From: Candidatus Dadabacteria bacterium UBA1144
GTDB taxonomy: Bacteria; Desulfobacterota_D; UBA1144
Reading direction: 5' to 3'
NCBI GenBank assembly: GCA_002311855.1
Contig: DCAB01000012.1
Coordinates: 116,865 to 180,864 of the forward strand
Length of the DNA: 64,000 nucleotides
Shown here: positions 47,675-58,709 of the stretch, piece after piece
How positions within the stretch are numbered: the stretch's first letter is position 1
Layout: every line of letters starts with the position of its first letter
The notes under the pieces: model-generated
The model's database searches: none
The model's input: the letters and a program-made list of their open reading frames with translations, nothing else
Told to the model about the DNA's origin: nothing
Program-made: the position numbers and the translations under genes

Positions 47675-47750
47675 TTGACTATATTAAGTTTTTTTGAGAC
47701 AATTAGCCTTACGGCATGATTTGTCATTTGTTGGCAGATTTTGGTTAATT
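47675..47750 (+). promoter_or_regulatory. dcw promoter with candidate MraZ-binding repeats
   Basis: TTGACT(47675)-N17-GACAAT(47698) with TG extension; 10-bp-phased ACGGCA/TTGTCA/TTGGCA/TTGGTT at 47711/47721/47731/47741. Confidence 0.55.
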
Positions 47751-47751
47751 T

Positions 47752-48189
47752 ATGTTTAGAGGTCAATATATTCACAAAATATCAGAATCAGCTAGAGTAA
47801 GTATTCCCTCGCGGTTCAGAGATATCTTAAAGAAAAAATATAAAACAAATACAATAATTATCTCGTCATTTGATAAGTGTGCTGTAGCTTATCCATTGTC
47901 CGAGTGGGAGGATTTGGAATCGAAAATATCAAAACTACCTCAATTTAAAAGTGACATTGTCGAATTTGAAAGATATTTAATTGGTAATGCAAATGAGTGT
48001 GAAATCGACGCTGAAGGTAGGATTATGATCCCAAACCTTATTCGAAAAAATATAAAAGCAAGGCAATCCGTTGTTTTTGTTGGAATGTTGTCAAGATTTG
48101 AAATTTGGTCCGAATACGAATGGGGAATCAGCAATAAAACTAGCTTCAAGAAATTTCAAAAAAGTAGAGAGACTATAAATGACATCTGA
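47752..48189 (+). CDS. mraZ: division/cell wall cluster repressor
   Basis: MFRGQY, RVSIPSRFR, DAEGRIMIP, FEIW. Confidence 0.95.
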   Translation: MFRGQYIHKISESARVSIPSRFRDILKKKYKTNTIIISSFDKCAVAYPLSEWEDLESKISKLPQFKSDIVEFERYLIGNANECEIDAEGRIMIPNLIRKNIKARQSVVFVGMLSRFEIWSEYEWGISNKTSFKKFQKSRETINDI

Positions 48190-49096
48190 TTATCACTACG
48201 CAGTTATGAAACAAGAAATTCTTGATAATTTGGAACTGGCAAATAATGATACTTATATTGATGTAACTCTAGGTACCGGTGGTCATACCCTCGCTATAAT
48301 GGAGTCGAACAAGAAACCAAAAAAAATGATTTGTATCGATCTAGATAAAGAATCATTGAAAGTTGCAAAAAAAAGATTGGGGAAATATTCAAAAAATATC
48401 AAATATATACAAGGAAATTTCAAAGATATAGATTTGTTAATACAAGAAAAAGTTGATGCAATAATAGCTGATCTTGGTATATCCAGTTATCAATTGTTAC
48501 ATTCAAATAGAGGTTTTAGCTTTAATGAGAATTCATTGTTAGATATGAGAATCGACAAATATCAAGAATTAACAGCTCATAAAATAGTCAATTCTTATCC
48601 CCTTCAGGAATTATCGGATTTGTTAAAAAATTTTGGCGAAGAAAAAAATCACTTTAAAATCGCATCCGAAATAGTCCGACAAAGAAATAATGAAGAAATA
48701 AAGACATGTCTAGATCTTGCAAAAATAGTAAAAAGAACAAATAAAAACAAAACGAAAATAAACCCATCAACAAGAACATTCCAGGCACTAAGAATCGCGG
48801 TCAATAACGAATTGTCCACTCTGGAAGAATTTCTGGAGAAATCTTTAAAACTTCTAAAAAAAGGAGGCAAGCTAATTATAATCAGCTTTCACTCATTAGA
48901 AGATAGAATAATCAAACAAGTCTTTAAATATTGCGAAGCAAAATGTATATGTCCTCCATCCGTTATGGTTTGCAAATGCAAAAAAAAACAAACTCTTAGA
49001 ATCTTAACCAAAAAACCTTTAACGCCATCTACACGAGAAGTATCGGAAAATGCGAAATCACGGAGTGCAAAGATGAGGATTGGAGTCGCAATTTGA
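48179..49096 (+). CDS. rsmH: 16S rRNA m4C1402 methyltransferase
   Basis: DVTLGTGGH, DLGISS.QL, FQALRIAVN, SFHSLEDR. Confidence 0.97.
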   Translation: MTSDYHYAVMKQEILDNLELANNDTYIDVTLGTGGHTLAIMESNKKPKKMICIDLDKESLKVAKKRLGKYSKNIKYIQGNFKDIDLLIQEKVDAIIADLGISSYQLLHSNRGFSFNENSLLDMRIDKYQELTAHKIVNSYPLQELSDLLKNFGEEKNHFKIASEIVRQRNNEEIKTCLDLAKIVKRTNKNKTKINPSTRTFQALRIAVNNELSTLEEFLEKSLKLLKKGGKLIIISFHSLEDRIIKQVFKYCEAKCICPPSVMVCKCKKKQTLRILTKKPLTPSTREVSENAKSRSAKMRIGVAI

Positions 49097-49416
49097 TTAA
49101 CGTAAAGTCAATTACTTTAGTTAGGAATAGGTCAAGGATTATAAATAATCTGAGGAATGTGGGACTTGAATTTTTATTTATTTTCATTTTAATAACATCG
49201 CTCTTTGCAATAATTACAATAAAAACCTTTGAAACTAAGATTGGTTATGAAATTGCAAGAACAAACGCAATTCTTTACGATTTATCCAATGAACACAAAA
49301 GATTGCAAACCAAAATACTAATATTGAAATCTCACGAACGAATCAAGTCAATTGCCATATTAAATGGGATGAAATTCCCCGGCCAACAAGACGTGGAAGA
49401 GATAAATAATGAGTAA
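49093..49416 (+). CDS. ftsL: cell division protein FtsL-like
   Basis: Single TM plus coiled coil, ERI..IA...GM; position between rsmH and ftsI. Confidence 0.8.
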   Translation: MINVKSITLVRNRSRIINNLRNVGLEFLFIFILITSLFAIITIKTFETKIGYEIARTNAILYDLSNEHKRLQTKILILKSHERIKSIAILNGMKFPGQQDVEEINNE

Positions 49417-51298
49417 TTTTATAAATCAACTCAAAGAGGACGATAAAAAATTTAAAAGAAGGTCAAATATAATAAAATTTGGCATTTACTTATTCTTGGT
49501 AGCAATATTTTTAAAAATTTCTTATCTCCAAATACCTGAAAACGATGCCTTGTTAACAAAATATGACGCTGGAAAAAGTAGCTCTCTCATAGTCAAGGGA
49601 GAGCGGGGTGAAATAATAGATTCAAGTGGTGAAGTATTGGCTGTCAGTGTTCTTCGTCCATCTATTTTTGCTAACCCCAGAGCAATTAAAGATAGAGTTT
49701 ATTATTCAAAAATACTTTCCGATGTACTAAAAATACCGAAAGAGGAAATATTGAATAAATTGAAGTCTAAAAAGTATTTTGTTTACATTAAAAGACATGC
49801 AACACATGAACAGTGGGAAAAAATCTCTAAGATGAATTTAGCATATGTGGGGATGCAATTGGAACCAAAAAGGACATATCCTCACGGTCATTTAGCCGGT
49901 CAGGTTTTAGGTCATACAGATACAGATCAGAAAGGAATTGAAGGATTAGAATTAAAATACAACAAATTTTTAAGAGGCAGTGCAAAAAGAATAGAGATTC
50001 ATAAAGATGCATTCGGAAAAGTAATTACAAAAAGTATCGAGGAAATTGACAAACCAAACAAGGGGCATGATGTACATCTAACTATAATAAGCAAGTATCA
50101 ATTGATATTAGAAGATGCGATTGCTGCTCAAGTCAAAAAATCAGATGCAGTTAGTGGCTTTGGAATGATAATGAATCCAAATACAGGCGAGATTTATGCA
50201 ATGGTTTCCTATCCCTTTTTCAATCCTAACAACTATTCTAGATATGGTTTTGAGAAAAAAAAGAATCTGCCCGTTTTAAATATGTTTGAACCAGGTTCGG
50301 TTATGAAAAGTTTCTTGGTAGCCTCTGCTCTAAATGAAGGTGTAATTGATGAGGGTGCTATAATCGATTGCGAAAAAGGAGTAAGAAGCATTGGAGGGAC
50401 TACCATTAAAGATCTTAATCCTCGGGGGAAATCAAATATTACAGAGATTCTAGTCTACTCAAGTAACATTTGTGCTTCAAAAATCACGGAACTTATGTCA
50501 AAAGAAAAATATTACAATTATTTGAAATCATTTGGATTCGGAGCAAAGACCAATATCAATGTTCCTAGTGAAATAGCCGGGATACTGGACAAACCTGAGA
50601 AGTGGAGTGAAATTCAACGTGCGAATATAGCTTTTGGTCAGGGAATATCTGTTTCTTCAATTCAACTTGCACAAGCGCTGTCAATTATTGCTAACGGTGG
50701 AACTTTTATTAAGCCCTACTTGGTGAAATTGATTGTGAATTCGGAGGGAAAAGTTGTATACAAAGGAGAGCGAAGAAAAGGAAATAGAGTCTTGCGATAT
50801 GAAACAAGTAAAAAAATGAGGAAGATGTTGAAAACAGTACTCCAAAGAGGGGCAAAAAGAGCTCTTATAGAGGGTGTCAATGCATCAGGTAAGACTGGGA
50901 CAGCTCAATTCCCCGTCAAGGGAGGATACGACAAGCATAGAAATGTTGTGTCTATCATCGGTTTTCTTCCTTCCGAAAACCCACAACTTGTAGCGGTAAT
51001 TACTATAGATTATCCAAAAGGTAAAAATGCATATGGGGGTAGGTGGGCGGCACCGGTTTTCAAGAAAGCCATGGGCGCGATTTGGCTAGATGAAAACAAT
51101 ATTGAAAAAGTCACAAGTAGTGGTGACGTTCCTTCGTTTATTGGAAGAGCGAGAAGAGAAGCACTTGCTATAGCTAATATAAATAATATGAAAATAAAAA
51201 TTCAGGGAAGCGGTTTTGTTCAAAGACAGAATCCAGGCCCAGGGGAAGAATACAACTTACATGATGAAATTAAATTATTTTTAGACCCAGGCATTTAG
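49409..51298 (+). CDS. ftsI: class B PBP (PBP3) with C-terminal PASTA domain
   Basis: RGEIID, RTYPHG, GLE, SVMK, SSN, KTGT. Confidence 0.93.
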   Translation: MSNFINQLKEDDKKFKRRSNIIKFGIYLFLVAIFLKISYLQIPENDALLTKYDAGKSSSLIVKGERGEIIDSSGEVLAVSVLRPSIFANPRAIKDRVYYSKILSDVLKIPKEEILNKLKSKKYFVYIKRHATHEQWEKISKMNLAYVGMQLEPKRTYPHGHLAGQVLGHTDTDQKGIEGLELKYNKFLRGSAKRIEIHKDAFGKVITKSIEEIDKPNKGHDVHLTIISKYQLILEDAIAAQVKKSDAVSGFGMIMNPNTGEIYAMVSYPFFNPNNYSRYGFEKKKNLPVLNMFEPGSVMKSFLVASALNEGVIDEGAIIDCEKGVRSIGGTTIKDLNPRGKSNITEILVYSSNICASKITELMSKEKYYNYLKSFGFGAKTNINVPSEIAGILDKPEKWSEIQRANIAFGQGISVSSIQLAQALSIIANGGTFIKPYLVKLIVNSEGKVVYKGERRKGNRVLRYETSKKMRKMLKTVLQRGAKRALIEGVNASGKTGTAQFPVKGGYDKHRNVVSIIGFLPSENPQLVAVITIDYPKGKNAYGGRWAAPVFKKAMGAIWLDENNIEKVTSSGDVPSFIGRARREALAIANINNMKIKIQGSGFVQRQNPGPGEEYNLHDEIKLFLDPGI

Positions 51299-51302
51299 CA
51301 AC

Positions 51303-52769
51303 ATGCGACTAATACAAAACAATAAAGTTTTCTCGAAATTCAAAAAAGTAAAAAATATTACCAACAATTCAAAAACCGTAAAAAAAGGTGATACTTTTTT
51401 TGCCATAAAGGGCAATAAAAATAACGGTAATTTATATATCAAAGAAGCAATCCTCAATGGAGCAACCACAATTGTTAGTGACAACAGAGAAAGCTTGGAA
51501 ATCTCAAAAAAAAACATTCAGACTTACTTGGTAAAAGATTGTAGAAATTCTTATTCTCATGCATGTGTAGAATTTTTTTCTAAGCCCTCTTTTAATCTTG
51601 AAGTTTGTGGCATTACAGGAACAAATGGGAAAACATCCGTTGCTCATCTATTAAAAAAGATTTGGGAGAAAAAAAACTCGGGTCTTATAGGAACAATAGA
51701 AACAAATTTTGCCGGGCTGAGAATCCCATCATTATTAACTACGCCTGATAGCTATCAACTAAATAAGCTTTTTAATCAAATGAGAAAGAAAAAAATAAAA
51801 AAAGTTTTTATTGAAGTTTCTTCTCACGCTCTAGAAATGTCTAGAGTGGATTACACAGATTTTGATACTTGTATCTTTACAAATCTAACAAGAGATCATT
51901 TGGATTTTCATAAAACTATGAGCTCATATTTTAACTCTAAAGCAAAATTATTTTTAAAAAACCTCAATGAAAGCAAAAAGAAGAACAAATTGGCAATTAT
52001 TAGTCTAGATGACAAGTGGGGTGTAAAACTAATAAAATTAATCGGACAAAAAATTAATACTGTAACTTATTCGACAAAAAACAAAAAAGCAGATTTTTTT
52101 ATGGAAAAATTTGAAGAGAAAAATTTAAAATCTGATTTAGTTATCAAAAATGGTAATAAGAGATACAAAATAGAAACCCGATTATTTGGTGAACATAATT
52201 TTCAAAATATCCTTGCAAGCTTTTCGTACTCAATCATAAAAGGATTGGACATATTAGAATTAAAAAAAAGAATTAAAACATACAATGGTGCTACCGGTAG
52301 ACTTGAGAGGGTTCGCAATACTAATCTAGAAATATTTATTGATTATGCCCATACCCCTGATGCACTTAAAAAATCAATCACTTCCTTAAAAAAAAAATTT
52401 TCCAGTAAAAAAATAATTGTTCTTTTCGGGTGTGGAGGGAATAGAGATGTTGGGAAAAGAAAGAAAATGGGCGCCATTGCAGAGAAATTTGCAGACGAAA
52501 TTATTATTACTTCTGATAATCCCAGATTCGAAGACCCGAGATTAATAATCAACCAGATTTCTGAGGGTTTTAAAATAGTTACAAGAAAAACAAAAAAAAT
52601 TATAGTTGATAGAAAAGAGGCTATAAATTGGGCAGTAAAAAACATGGAAAAAAATAAAGTTTTATTGGTTGCCGGGAAAGGGCATGAGGATTATCAAGAA
52701 ATAAGGGGTGGAAAATTTAAATTCTCTGATTACGATGAAGTTGAAAAATGTCTAAAGATGATAAATTAG
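51303..52769 (+). CDS. murE: UDP-MurNAc-tripeptide synthetase (mDAP type)
   Basis: GTNGKTS, EVSSHAL, DYAHTPD, DNPR, GKGHE. Confidence 0.96.
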   Translation: MRLIQNNKVFSKFKKVKNITNNSKTVKKGDTFFAIKGNKNNGNLYIKEAILNGATTIVSDNRESLEISKKNIQTYLVKDCRNSYSHACVEFFSKPSFNLEVCGITGTNGKTSVAHLLKKIWEKKNSGLIGTIETNFAGLRIPSLLTTPDSYQLNKLFNQMRKKKIKKVFIEVSSHALEMSRVDYTDFDTCIFTNLTRDHLDFHKTMSSYFNSKAKLFLKNLNESKKKNKLAIISLDDKWGVKLIKLIGQKINTVTYSTKNKKADFFMEKFEEKNLKSDLVIKNGNKRYKIETRLFGEHNFQNILASFSYSIIKGLDILELKKRIKTYNGATGRLERVRNTNLEIFIDYAHTPDALKKSITSLKKKFSSKKIIVLFGCGGNRDVGKRKKMGAIAEKFADEIIITSDNPRFEDPRLIINQISEGFKIVTRKTKKIIVDRKEAINWAVKNMEKNKVLLVAGKGHEDYQEIRGGKFKFSDYDEVEKCLKMIN

Positions 52770-54121
52770 CCAATTTGTACTTCTATGATTTCGTAAAGAA
52801 TTATGAAGGTACCCTAAAGATAGATCCGAAATTAGATTTAAGTAAATTTAATTCTATTTCAACTGATACTAGAACAATAAAAAAAGGTGATATATTTGTA
52901 GCTTTAAATGGTGAGAATTTTAAGGGTGGCAATTTTACAGGTCACGCGATTCAAAAGGGAGCAAATTTTTTTATAACAGACACGAAAACGCAAATCGAGA
53001 ATGGGATTGTTGTTAAATCATCTAATAAATTTTTGGAGGATTTCGCATCTTTCATAATTCAGAAAAGTAAAAATCTAAAAGTTTTTGGCATTACAGGCAC
53101 AAATGGAAAAACAACAACAAAAGAATTGCTAACATCGATTTTGTCCAAAAAATTTGCAGTTTTATCAAACAAAGGAAACTTAAATACCTTGATTGGTCTC
53201 CCGATGACAATTATAAATCTAGAACAAGCTCATAGAGTGCTAGTAGTCGAGATGGGAACCAATTCAAAAGGAGAAATAGTAAAACTGGCAGAAATTTCCA
53301 AACCCAATTTTGCAACTATTACTAACATCGGCAAAGGCCACACAGAGAAACTAATCAACGAAAAAACAATCTTCGAGGAAAAAAAGAATATTACCAATTT
53401 TTTTAATCAAAGCTGTGTCTTTGCATTTAATTTTGATAATCATTTTTTAAAGGATTTTTTCTCTAAAATTGATTGCAATAAAATTACATTTGCTATAAAA
53501 GAAAAAGCCGACGTATTTGCTAGAAACATTTCTGATGATTTTTCAAAATTTGATTTATGTTTTTCAAATCAAGTGGTCAATATAAAGCTAAGGGCCCCCG
53601 GAATAAACAACATCTACAATTCGTTATGTTCGTCATCCTTAGCCATAAAAGCTGGGGTAGATTTAAATCTGATTAAAAGAGGTATTGAAGAATTCAATGG
53701 AATAAATAACAGATTCAAAATAATTAATCTAAAGAATAACAACGTAATAATTAATGATACATATAATGCCAATCCAAATTCAATGTCTTCCGCAATAGAA
53801 ATGACAAATAGAATTTTTTCTGAAAAGAAAAAAATCGCTGTTTTAGGTGATATGCTTGAACTTGGCAAAATATCGAAAAATGAGCATACCAAGATTGGCC
53901 AGGAGCTATCAAGTAAAGGATTTAATGAGGTTTACGCATTCGGACCTAATTCCAAAAACTACCTTAAGGGTCTAAATAAAGAAATTAAGTTTTTCGAAAT
54001 TACTAGTCATTCTAATATTAAAAGGCATATCAATTTAAACTCTTTAACCAATACAGTTATTCTAGTTAAAGGATCGAGGGGTATGAGAATGGAAAAAATC
54101 TTTGATTCTCTAGATATTTAA
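52748..54121 (+). CDS. murF: UDP-MurNAc-pentapeptide synthetase
   Basis: GTNGKTTTKE, EMG, DTYNANP, GDMLELG, KGSRG. Confidence 0.96.
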   Translation: MSKDDKLANLYFYDFVKNYEGTLKIDPKLDLSKFNSISTDTRTIKKGDIFVALNGENFKGGNFTGHAIQKGANFFITDTKTQIENGIVVKSSNKFLEDFASFIIQKSKNLKVFGITGTNGKTTTKELLTSILSKKFAVLSNKGNLNTLIGLPMTIINLEQAHRVLVVEMGTNSKGEIVKLAEISKPNFATITNIGKGHTEKLINEKTIFEEKKNITNFFNQSCVFAFNFDNHFLKDFFSKIDCNKITFAIKEKADVFARNISDDFSKFDLCFSNQVVNIKLRAPGINNIYNSLCSSSLAIKAGVDLNLIKRGIEEFNGINNRFKIINLKNNNVIINDTYNANPNSMSSAIEMTNRIFSEKKKIAVLGDMLELGKISKNEHTKIGQELSSKGFNEVYAFGPNSKNYLKGLNKEIKFFEITSHSNIKRHINLNSLTNTVILVKGSRGMRMEKIFDSLDI

Positions 54122-55234
54122 ATGCTATATTATTTATTTCTAAATTTCGTAGATTCATGTTCTTTCCTTAACATATTCCAATACATAACTGTAAGGTCTT
54201 TTCTAGCAGGCACAATTTCATTTCTGATAGTTATTTTTTTGACTCCAAAGTTCATAGAAATTTTTAGTAAAAACAAGGTTACAGAAAATATAAATATTTA
54301 TCTCGAATCTTCTCACAAAGATAAGAAAGGAACTCCTAATATGGGTGGCATCTTAATCGGAATAAGCGTAATTATTGCTTGTTTCATTTGCGGTAATTTC
54401 TATTTACCTGGGACTGCTGTAAGTATTTTCACAGTATGTCTTATTTGTTACGTGATATTTGCTTGTTCCGGATTTTATGACGATTTTACTAAATTGAGAA
54501 AAGGTAAAGGATTATCATTAAGTAAGAAATTAACAATTCAATTCTTGGCAACTTTCTTGTTAATAATTCTTTTATTCAAATTAAATAATTTTTCGTCTAT
54601 GAACAGAGAGTTTTTCTTTGAGATGACCAACATTGGCTTTCCTTTCATAAAAGAAATTATTGATTTGGGTCCCTTTTATTTTGTTTTGTGCCTTCTTATC
54701 ATTATAGGCTCGGCCAATGCCGTTAATATGACAGATGGCCTTGATGGTCTAGCAATAGGTTCAATCATACCAGTATTAGCAGGGTTAATTATTCTTGCAT
54801 ATGTTGCGGGAAATGCTAATTATTCTGACTATCTTTATATTCCCCATATTTATCACGCTGGCGAGGTTGTAATCTTTCTCTCCGCCATTCTAGGTGGGAC
54901 ACTTGGTTTTTTGTGGTTTAATTCAAATCCAGCCCAGATATTTATGGGGGATGTGGGGTCTATACCTTTAGGGGCAAGTATCGGTCTTGTGTCAATTTTA
55001 ATCAAGCAAGAAATACTTTTGCTAATATTAGGAGGGATTTTTGTAGTAGAAGCGCTGTCAGTAATTATTCAAATAATATCTTTCAGATTTTTCAGAAAGA
55101 GGGTTTTTCTTATCGCTCCTCTTCATCATCATTTTGAAAAGAAGGGCCTTGTAGAATCAAAAATTGTAATAAGGTTTTGGATTGTTTCAATTCTATTCGC
55201 ATTATTAGCAGTAGCTACTTTAAAAATTAGATAA
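54122..55234 (+). CDS. mraY: phospho-MurNAc-pentapeptide transferase
   Basis: TPNMGG, NAVNMTDGLDGL, FMGDVGS, APLHHHFE. Confidence 0.97.
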   Translation: MLYYLFLNFVDSCSFLNIFQYITVRSFLAGTISFLIVIFLTPKFIEIFSKNKVTENINIYLESSHKDKKGTPNMGGILIGISVIIACFICGNFYLPGTAVSIFTVCLICYVIFACSGFYDDFTKLRKGKGLSLSKKLTIQFLATFLLIILLFKLNNFSSMNREFFFEMTNIGFPFIKEIIDLGPFYFVLCLLIIIGSANAVNMTDGLDGLAIGSIIPVLAGLIILAYVAGNANYSDYLYIPHIYHAGEVVIFLSAILGGTLGFLWFNSNPAQIFMGDVGSIPLGASIGLVSILIKQEILLLILGGIFVVEALSVIIQIISFRFFRKRVFLIAPLHHHFEKKGLVESKIVIRFWIVSILFALLAVATLKIR

Positions 55235-55235
55235 G

Positions 55236-56522
55236 ATGAAAAAAAATATTCTTATTTATGGAATGGGTGCAACAGGAACTGAGCTAATCAGATTTTGTAG
55301 AAAAAACAAAATTTCCTATATCCCCTTTGATGATAACAAAAAAGTAATTAATAAATCAGAAAGAATATCAAGTTCAGAAAATGACTTCAAAAATTTAATA
55401 AAAAAATGTAGCGAAATAATAGTCAGTCCTGGTATCGGACTAAGAAATAAAAATATTGAGTTGGCAAAGAAATTGGGGAAAAAAATAGTAAGCGAGATAG
55501 AATTTGCCTCAAGATATATAAATAAACCTGTTATTGCAATAACAGGAACCAATGGCAAAACAACAACAACCTTGTTAACATTGAAATTGCTTGAAAGCGC
55601 TGGATACAAAGTATTTCTTGGAGGGAACATAGGCTCTACTCTAATCAATGTTGTGTCATCACAGAATCAATACGATGTGATATTAATAGAGGCAAGTAGC
55701 TTTCAACTCCAATTTGTACAATCTTTTTTTAAGCCCTTTATTGCAGTTTTCTTAAATATATCTGAAAACCATTTAGACCACCATCTAAATATGAGAGAAT
55801 ATTGCGAATCCAAAATGAACATATTCAGAAATCAAGATCAGGTTTGTTTTGCATTGTGCTCAAAAGATATTTACGAGAAAATCTCTTATAGAAATAAAGC
55901 ATTTTTTTTGAACCCCTTTAGAAATAATGGGGTCAACTTGTCCCAAGATGGAATTACAGTTAACAATGAATATCAAATTAGATTCAACAATTTAAAACTA
56001 ATTGGTTTCCATAATTTAGAAAACATATCTTTTGCCCTTAGTATTTTTTCAATATTTAAAAAAATACTTCCAAAACAAATTAAACTAATAGAACAATTTA
56101 CTCCGCCAAATCATAGATTAGAAATAATTAGGAAATATAAAGAAAAAATTGTAATTAATGATTCCAAATCCACTTCGCCTCAGGCTACCGAAACTGCATT
56201 AAAAAGCCTGAGGAAAAACGTTATTCTCTTAATGGGCGGAAAGGATAAAAAATTAAATTACAATCTTTTAAAAAAAGAAATTAATAAAAAAGTTACGATA
56301 CTAATACTTTTTGGTGAAAACAAATTTGAACTTGCGAAATTTTTTAATAAATCAAAACAGATTATAGCAATAGATTTATTTGATGCTGTGGAAAAAGGAT
56401 TAAAAAATTGTTCGCATGGTCATACCTTATTGTTTAGTCCCGGCACTTCTAGCTTTGATCAATTTAATTCATATTCTGAGAGAGGAGATAAATTTAAAGA
56501 ATATGTTCAAAAATTATCTTAA
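55236..56522 (+). CDS. murD: UDP-MurNAc-L-Ala:D-Glu ligase
   Basis: GTNGKTTT, GGNIG, EASSFQL, DSKST, SFDQFNSYSERG. Confidence 0.95.
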   Translation: MKKNILIYGMGATGTELIRFCRKNKISYIPFDDNKKVINKSERISSSENDFKNLIKKCSEIIVSPGIGLRNKNIELAKKLGKKIVSEIEFASRYINKPVIAITGTNGKTTTTLLTLKLLESAGYKVFLGGNIGSTLINVVSSQNQYDVILIEASSFQLQFVQSFFKPFIAVFLNISENHLDHHLNMREYCESKMNIFRNQDQVCFALCSKDIYEKISYRNKAFFLNPFRNNGVNLSQDGITVNNEYQIRFNNLKLIGFHNLENISFALSIFSIFKKILPKQIKLIEQFTPPNHRLEIIRKYKEKIVINDSKSTSPQATETALKSLRKNVILLMGGKDKKLNYNLLKKEINKKVTILILFGENKFELAKFFNKSKQIIAIDLFDAVEKGLKNCSHGHTLLFSPGTSSFDQFNSYSERGDKFKEYVQKLS

Positions 56523-57609
56523 TAAAATAGAGCCAAAGAACTTGTTCCTCATTTCTGTGTTAATTTTGTCTATTTTTGGTTTAATAATGGTTTTCAGTTC
56601 TAGTTCGGTTAAAGGTATGGAAGATTATGCTGATTCCTATTATTTCTTGAAAAAACAAGGCATTTTTCTTTGCATAGGCTTAATAATATTTATCATTTTT
56701 TCAAAGGTTGAAACAAATTTTCTGGAAAAAAACCATAAACTTTTTTATGGAATTGGGATTATCATGCTGCTTTTAGTTTTTGTTCCAATTCTAGGAAAGA
56801 AAGCTGGGAACGCAACCAGGTGGATCGACTTAGGTCTTTTTTCTTTTCAACCAATCGAGATATCCAAGTATATGTTGTTAATTTTTATTGCAAAACATCT
56901 TGCAACAAAGAGTAAAAGAATTAAGGAGTTTAGAATTGGTGTAATTTCTTCAACACTCCCATGTATACCCTATGCCGTTCTCTTGATAATGCAACCAGAT
57001 TATGGAAATACCGTACTTTTACTCACCACGATTTTTGCAATGATAATAATATCCGGAGCTAGACTTTCCCATTTGGTTTCAATCTTCATTGTTTTGTCTT
57101 GTTCCTTTTATACTTTAATCTTGATGGCTCCGTACAGAATGCAAAGACTTCTGTCTTTTATGGATCCATATGCAGATCCACAAGGCTCAGGACATCAAAT
57201 AATTCAATCTTATGTAGCATTAGCCAAAGGAGGGTTGTTTGGAGTTGGCCTAGGCAACAGTTCTCAGAAATTATTTTTCTTACCCGCTCAACATAACGAT
57301 TTTATATTTTCTATAATTGCTGAAGAATTGGGTTTGCTTGGAAGCTCTATTTTACTTTGTCTTTTCGGATTTTTAATCTATAGTGGCTTTAAAATATTAG
57401 AAAGATCAAAGGATCTTTTTTCAAGAAATCTAATTGCGGGGATTGTAATTATGACTTCACTCCAAATCATAATAAATCTTTCAGTTACCGTAGGGCTAAT
57501 GCCACCTAAAGGAATCCCTTTGCCATTAATAAGTTACGGGGGAAGTTCCTTGGTATTTACACTGCTTGCTATGGGATTAATCTTAGCTTTAGATAAGAGA
57601 AGAAAATGA
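56503..57609 (+). CDS. ftsW: SEDS peptidoglycan polymerase FtsW
   Basis: ATRWI, FQPIE..K, QPDYG, HNDFIF, PKGIPLPLISYGGSS. Confidence 0.95.
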   Translation: MFKNYLNKIEPKNLFLISVLILSIFGLIMVFSSSSVKGMEDYADSYYFLKKQGIFLCIGLIIFIIFSKVETNFLEKNHKLFYGIGIIMLLLVFVPILGKKAGNATRWIDLGLFSFQPIEISKYMLLIFIAKHLATKSKRIKEFRIGVISSTLPCIPYAVLLIMQPDYGNTVLLLTTIFAMIIISGARLSHLVSIFIVLSCSFYTLILMAPYRMQRLLSFMDPYADPQGSGHQIIQSYVALAKGGLFGVGLGNSSQKLFFLPAQHNDFIFSIIAEELGLLGSSILLCLFGFLIYSGFKILERSKDLFSRNLIAGIVIMTSLQIIINLSVTVGLMPPKGIPLPLISYGGSSLVFTLLAMGLILALDKRRK

Positions 57610-58709
57610 AAAAAATAATAATAATTTTGGGAGTCACCGGGGGACACATATTCCCCGGAATATCTATTGCAAATAACTTGAAAAAAATTAATAAAGAAAT
57701 TGATATTCTATTTATTAATAGTAGTAATTCAAAGATTGTTATTCCTAAATTAAGAATAGACTACGAACTAGTGGAAATTGATTCCTTAGGGTTCAAGGGA
57801 AAGTCGCCTTTGTCAAAAATAAAATCAATACTTTTATTAATTAAATCAATTTTTCAATCGAATAAAATTATCAATCAATTTAGGGCCGATGCAATAATTG
57901 GGACAGGTGGTTTTGTTTCCCTTCCGGTTTGCTTGTGTGGCTACCTAAGGGGAATTAAAACATTCATTATCGAAGGAAACTCAGTACCAGGCTTGGCCAA
58001 CAAAATAATTTCAATTTTTTGTGAAAATATTTTTATAAATTTTGAAGAATCACAAAAATATTTGCCAAAAAAAAAGTGTATTCAGACTGGCTATCCAATC
58101 AGAGATTTCAATTTGATCAATCACAACAATAAAAAAAACGACTTACTAATCTTGGGTGGTAGCCAAGGTTCGGAGTCGCTTAACACTAAAATATTATTTA
58201 CTATCCAAAATTTATTAGAAAAAATTTCCGGCAATTCAACAAAGAATAATGAAAGATTTTCTATTGTCCATCAAACAGGATCAAAAGACAAAGAAAGAGT
58301 CGATAATTTTTATAAAAATTTAAAAGACAAATATGCTTTTTTAGAGATTGAAACATTTGAATTCATAAACAACCTTGAGGATTTTTATTCAAACTCTAGA
58401 GTTTTAGTATCTAGAGCTGGGGCAAGTACAATTAGCGAGAGTCTCAGATTCAATGTACTTTCGATTTTTATCCCGATTAAAGACTCAACGAATAATCATC
58501 AATATCTAAATGCCGTAGAGTTGTTCAACAAAAAACTTGCAGAGATACATTTAGAAAGCGAAAAAAACACAATCCTGTGTAATAAAATTATTAATTTTCT
58601 CTACAATGGTGAAATAAGCTCTGTTTATGTAAAATCTAAAAAAAAAATAATCGATAATAGTCAAACTGCAGCAGAAAAAATTTGTAAAAAAATACTGGAG
58701 ACAGCTTGA
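57606..58709 (+). CDS. murG: lipid II glycosyltransferase
   Basis: TGGHIFPG, GTGGFVS, GGSQG, RAGAST, HQ..NA. Confidence 0.94.
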   Translation: MKKIIIILGVTGGHIFPGISIANNLKKINKEIDILFINSSNSKIVIPKLRIDYELVEIDSLGFKGKSPLSKIKSILLLIKSIFQSNKIINQFRADAIIGTGGFVSLPVCLCGYLRGIKTFIIEGNSVPGLANKIISIFCENIFINFEESQKYLPKKKCIQTGYPIRDFNLINHNNKKNDLLILGGSQGSESLNTKILFTIQNLLEKISGNSTKNNERFSIVHQTGSKDKERVDNFYKNLKDKYAFLEIETFEFINNLEDFYSNSRVLVSRAGASTISESLRFNVLSIFIPIKDSTNNHQYLNAVELFNKKLAEIHLESEKNTILCNKIINFLYNGEISSVYVKSKKKIIDNSQTAAEKICKKILETA

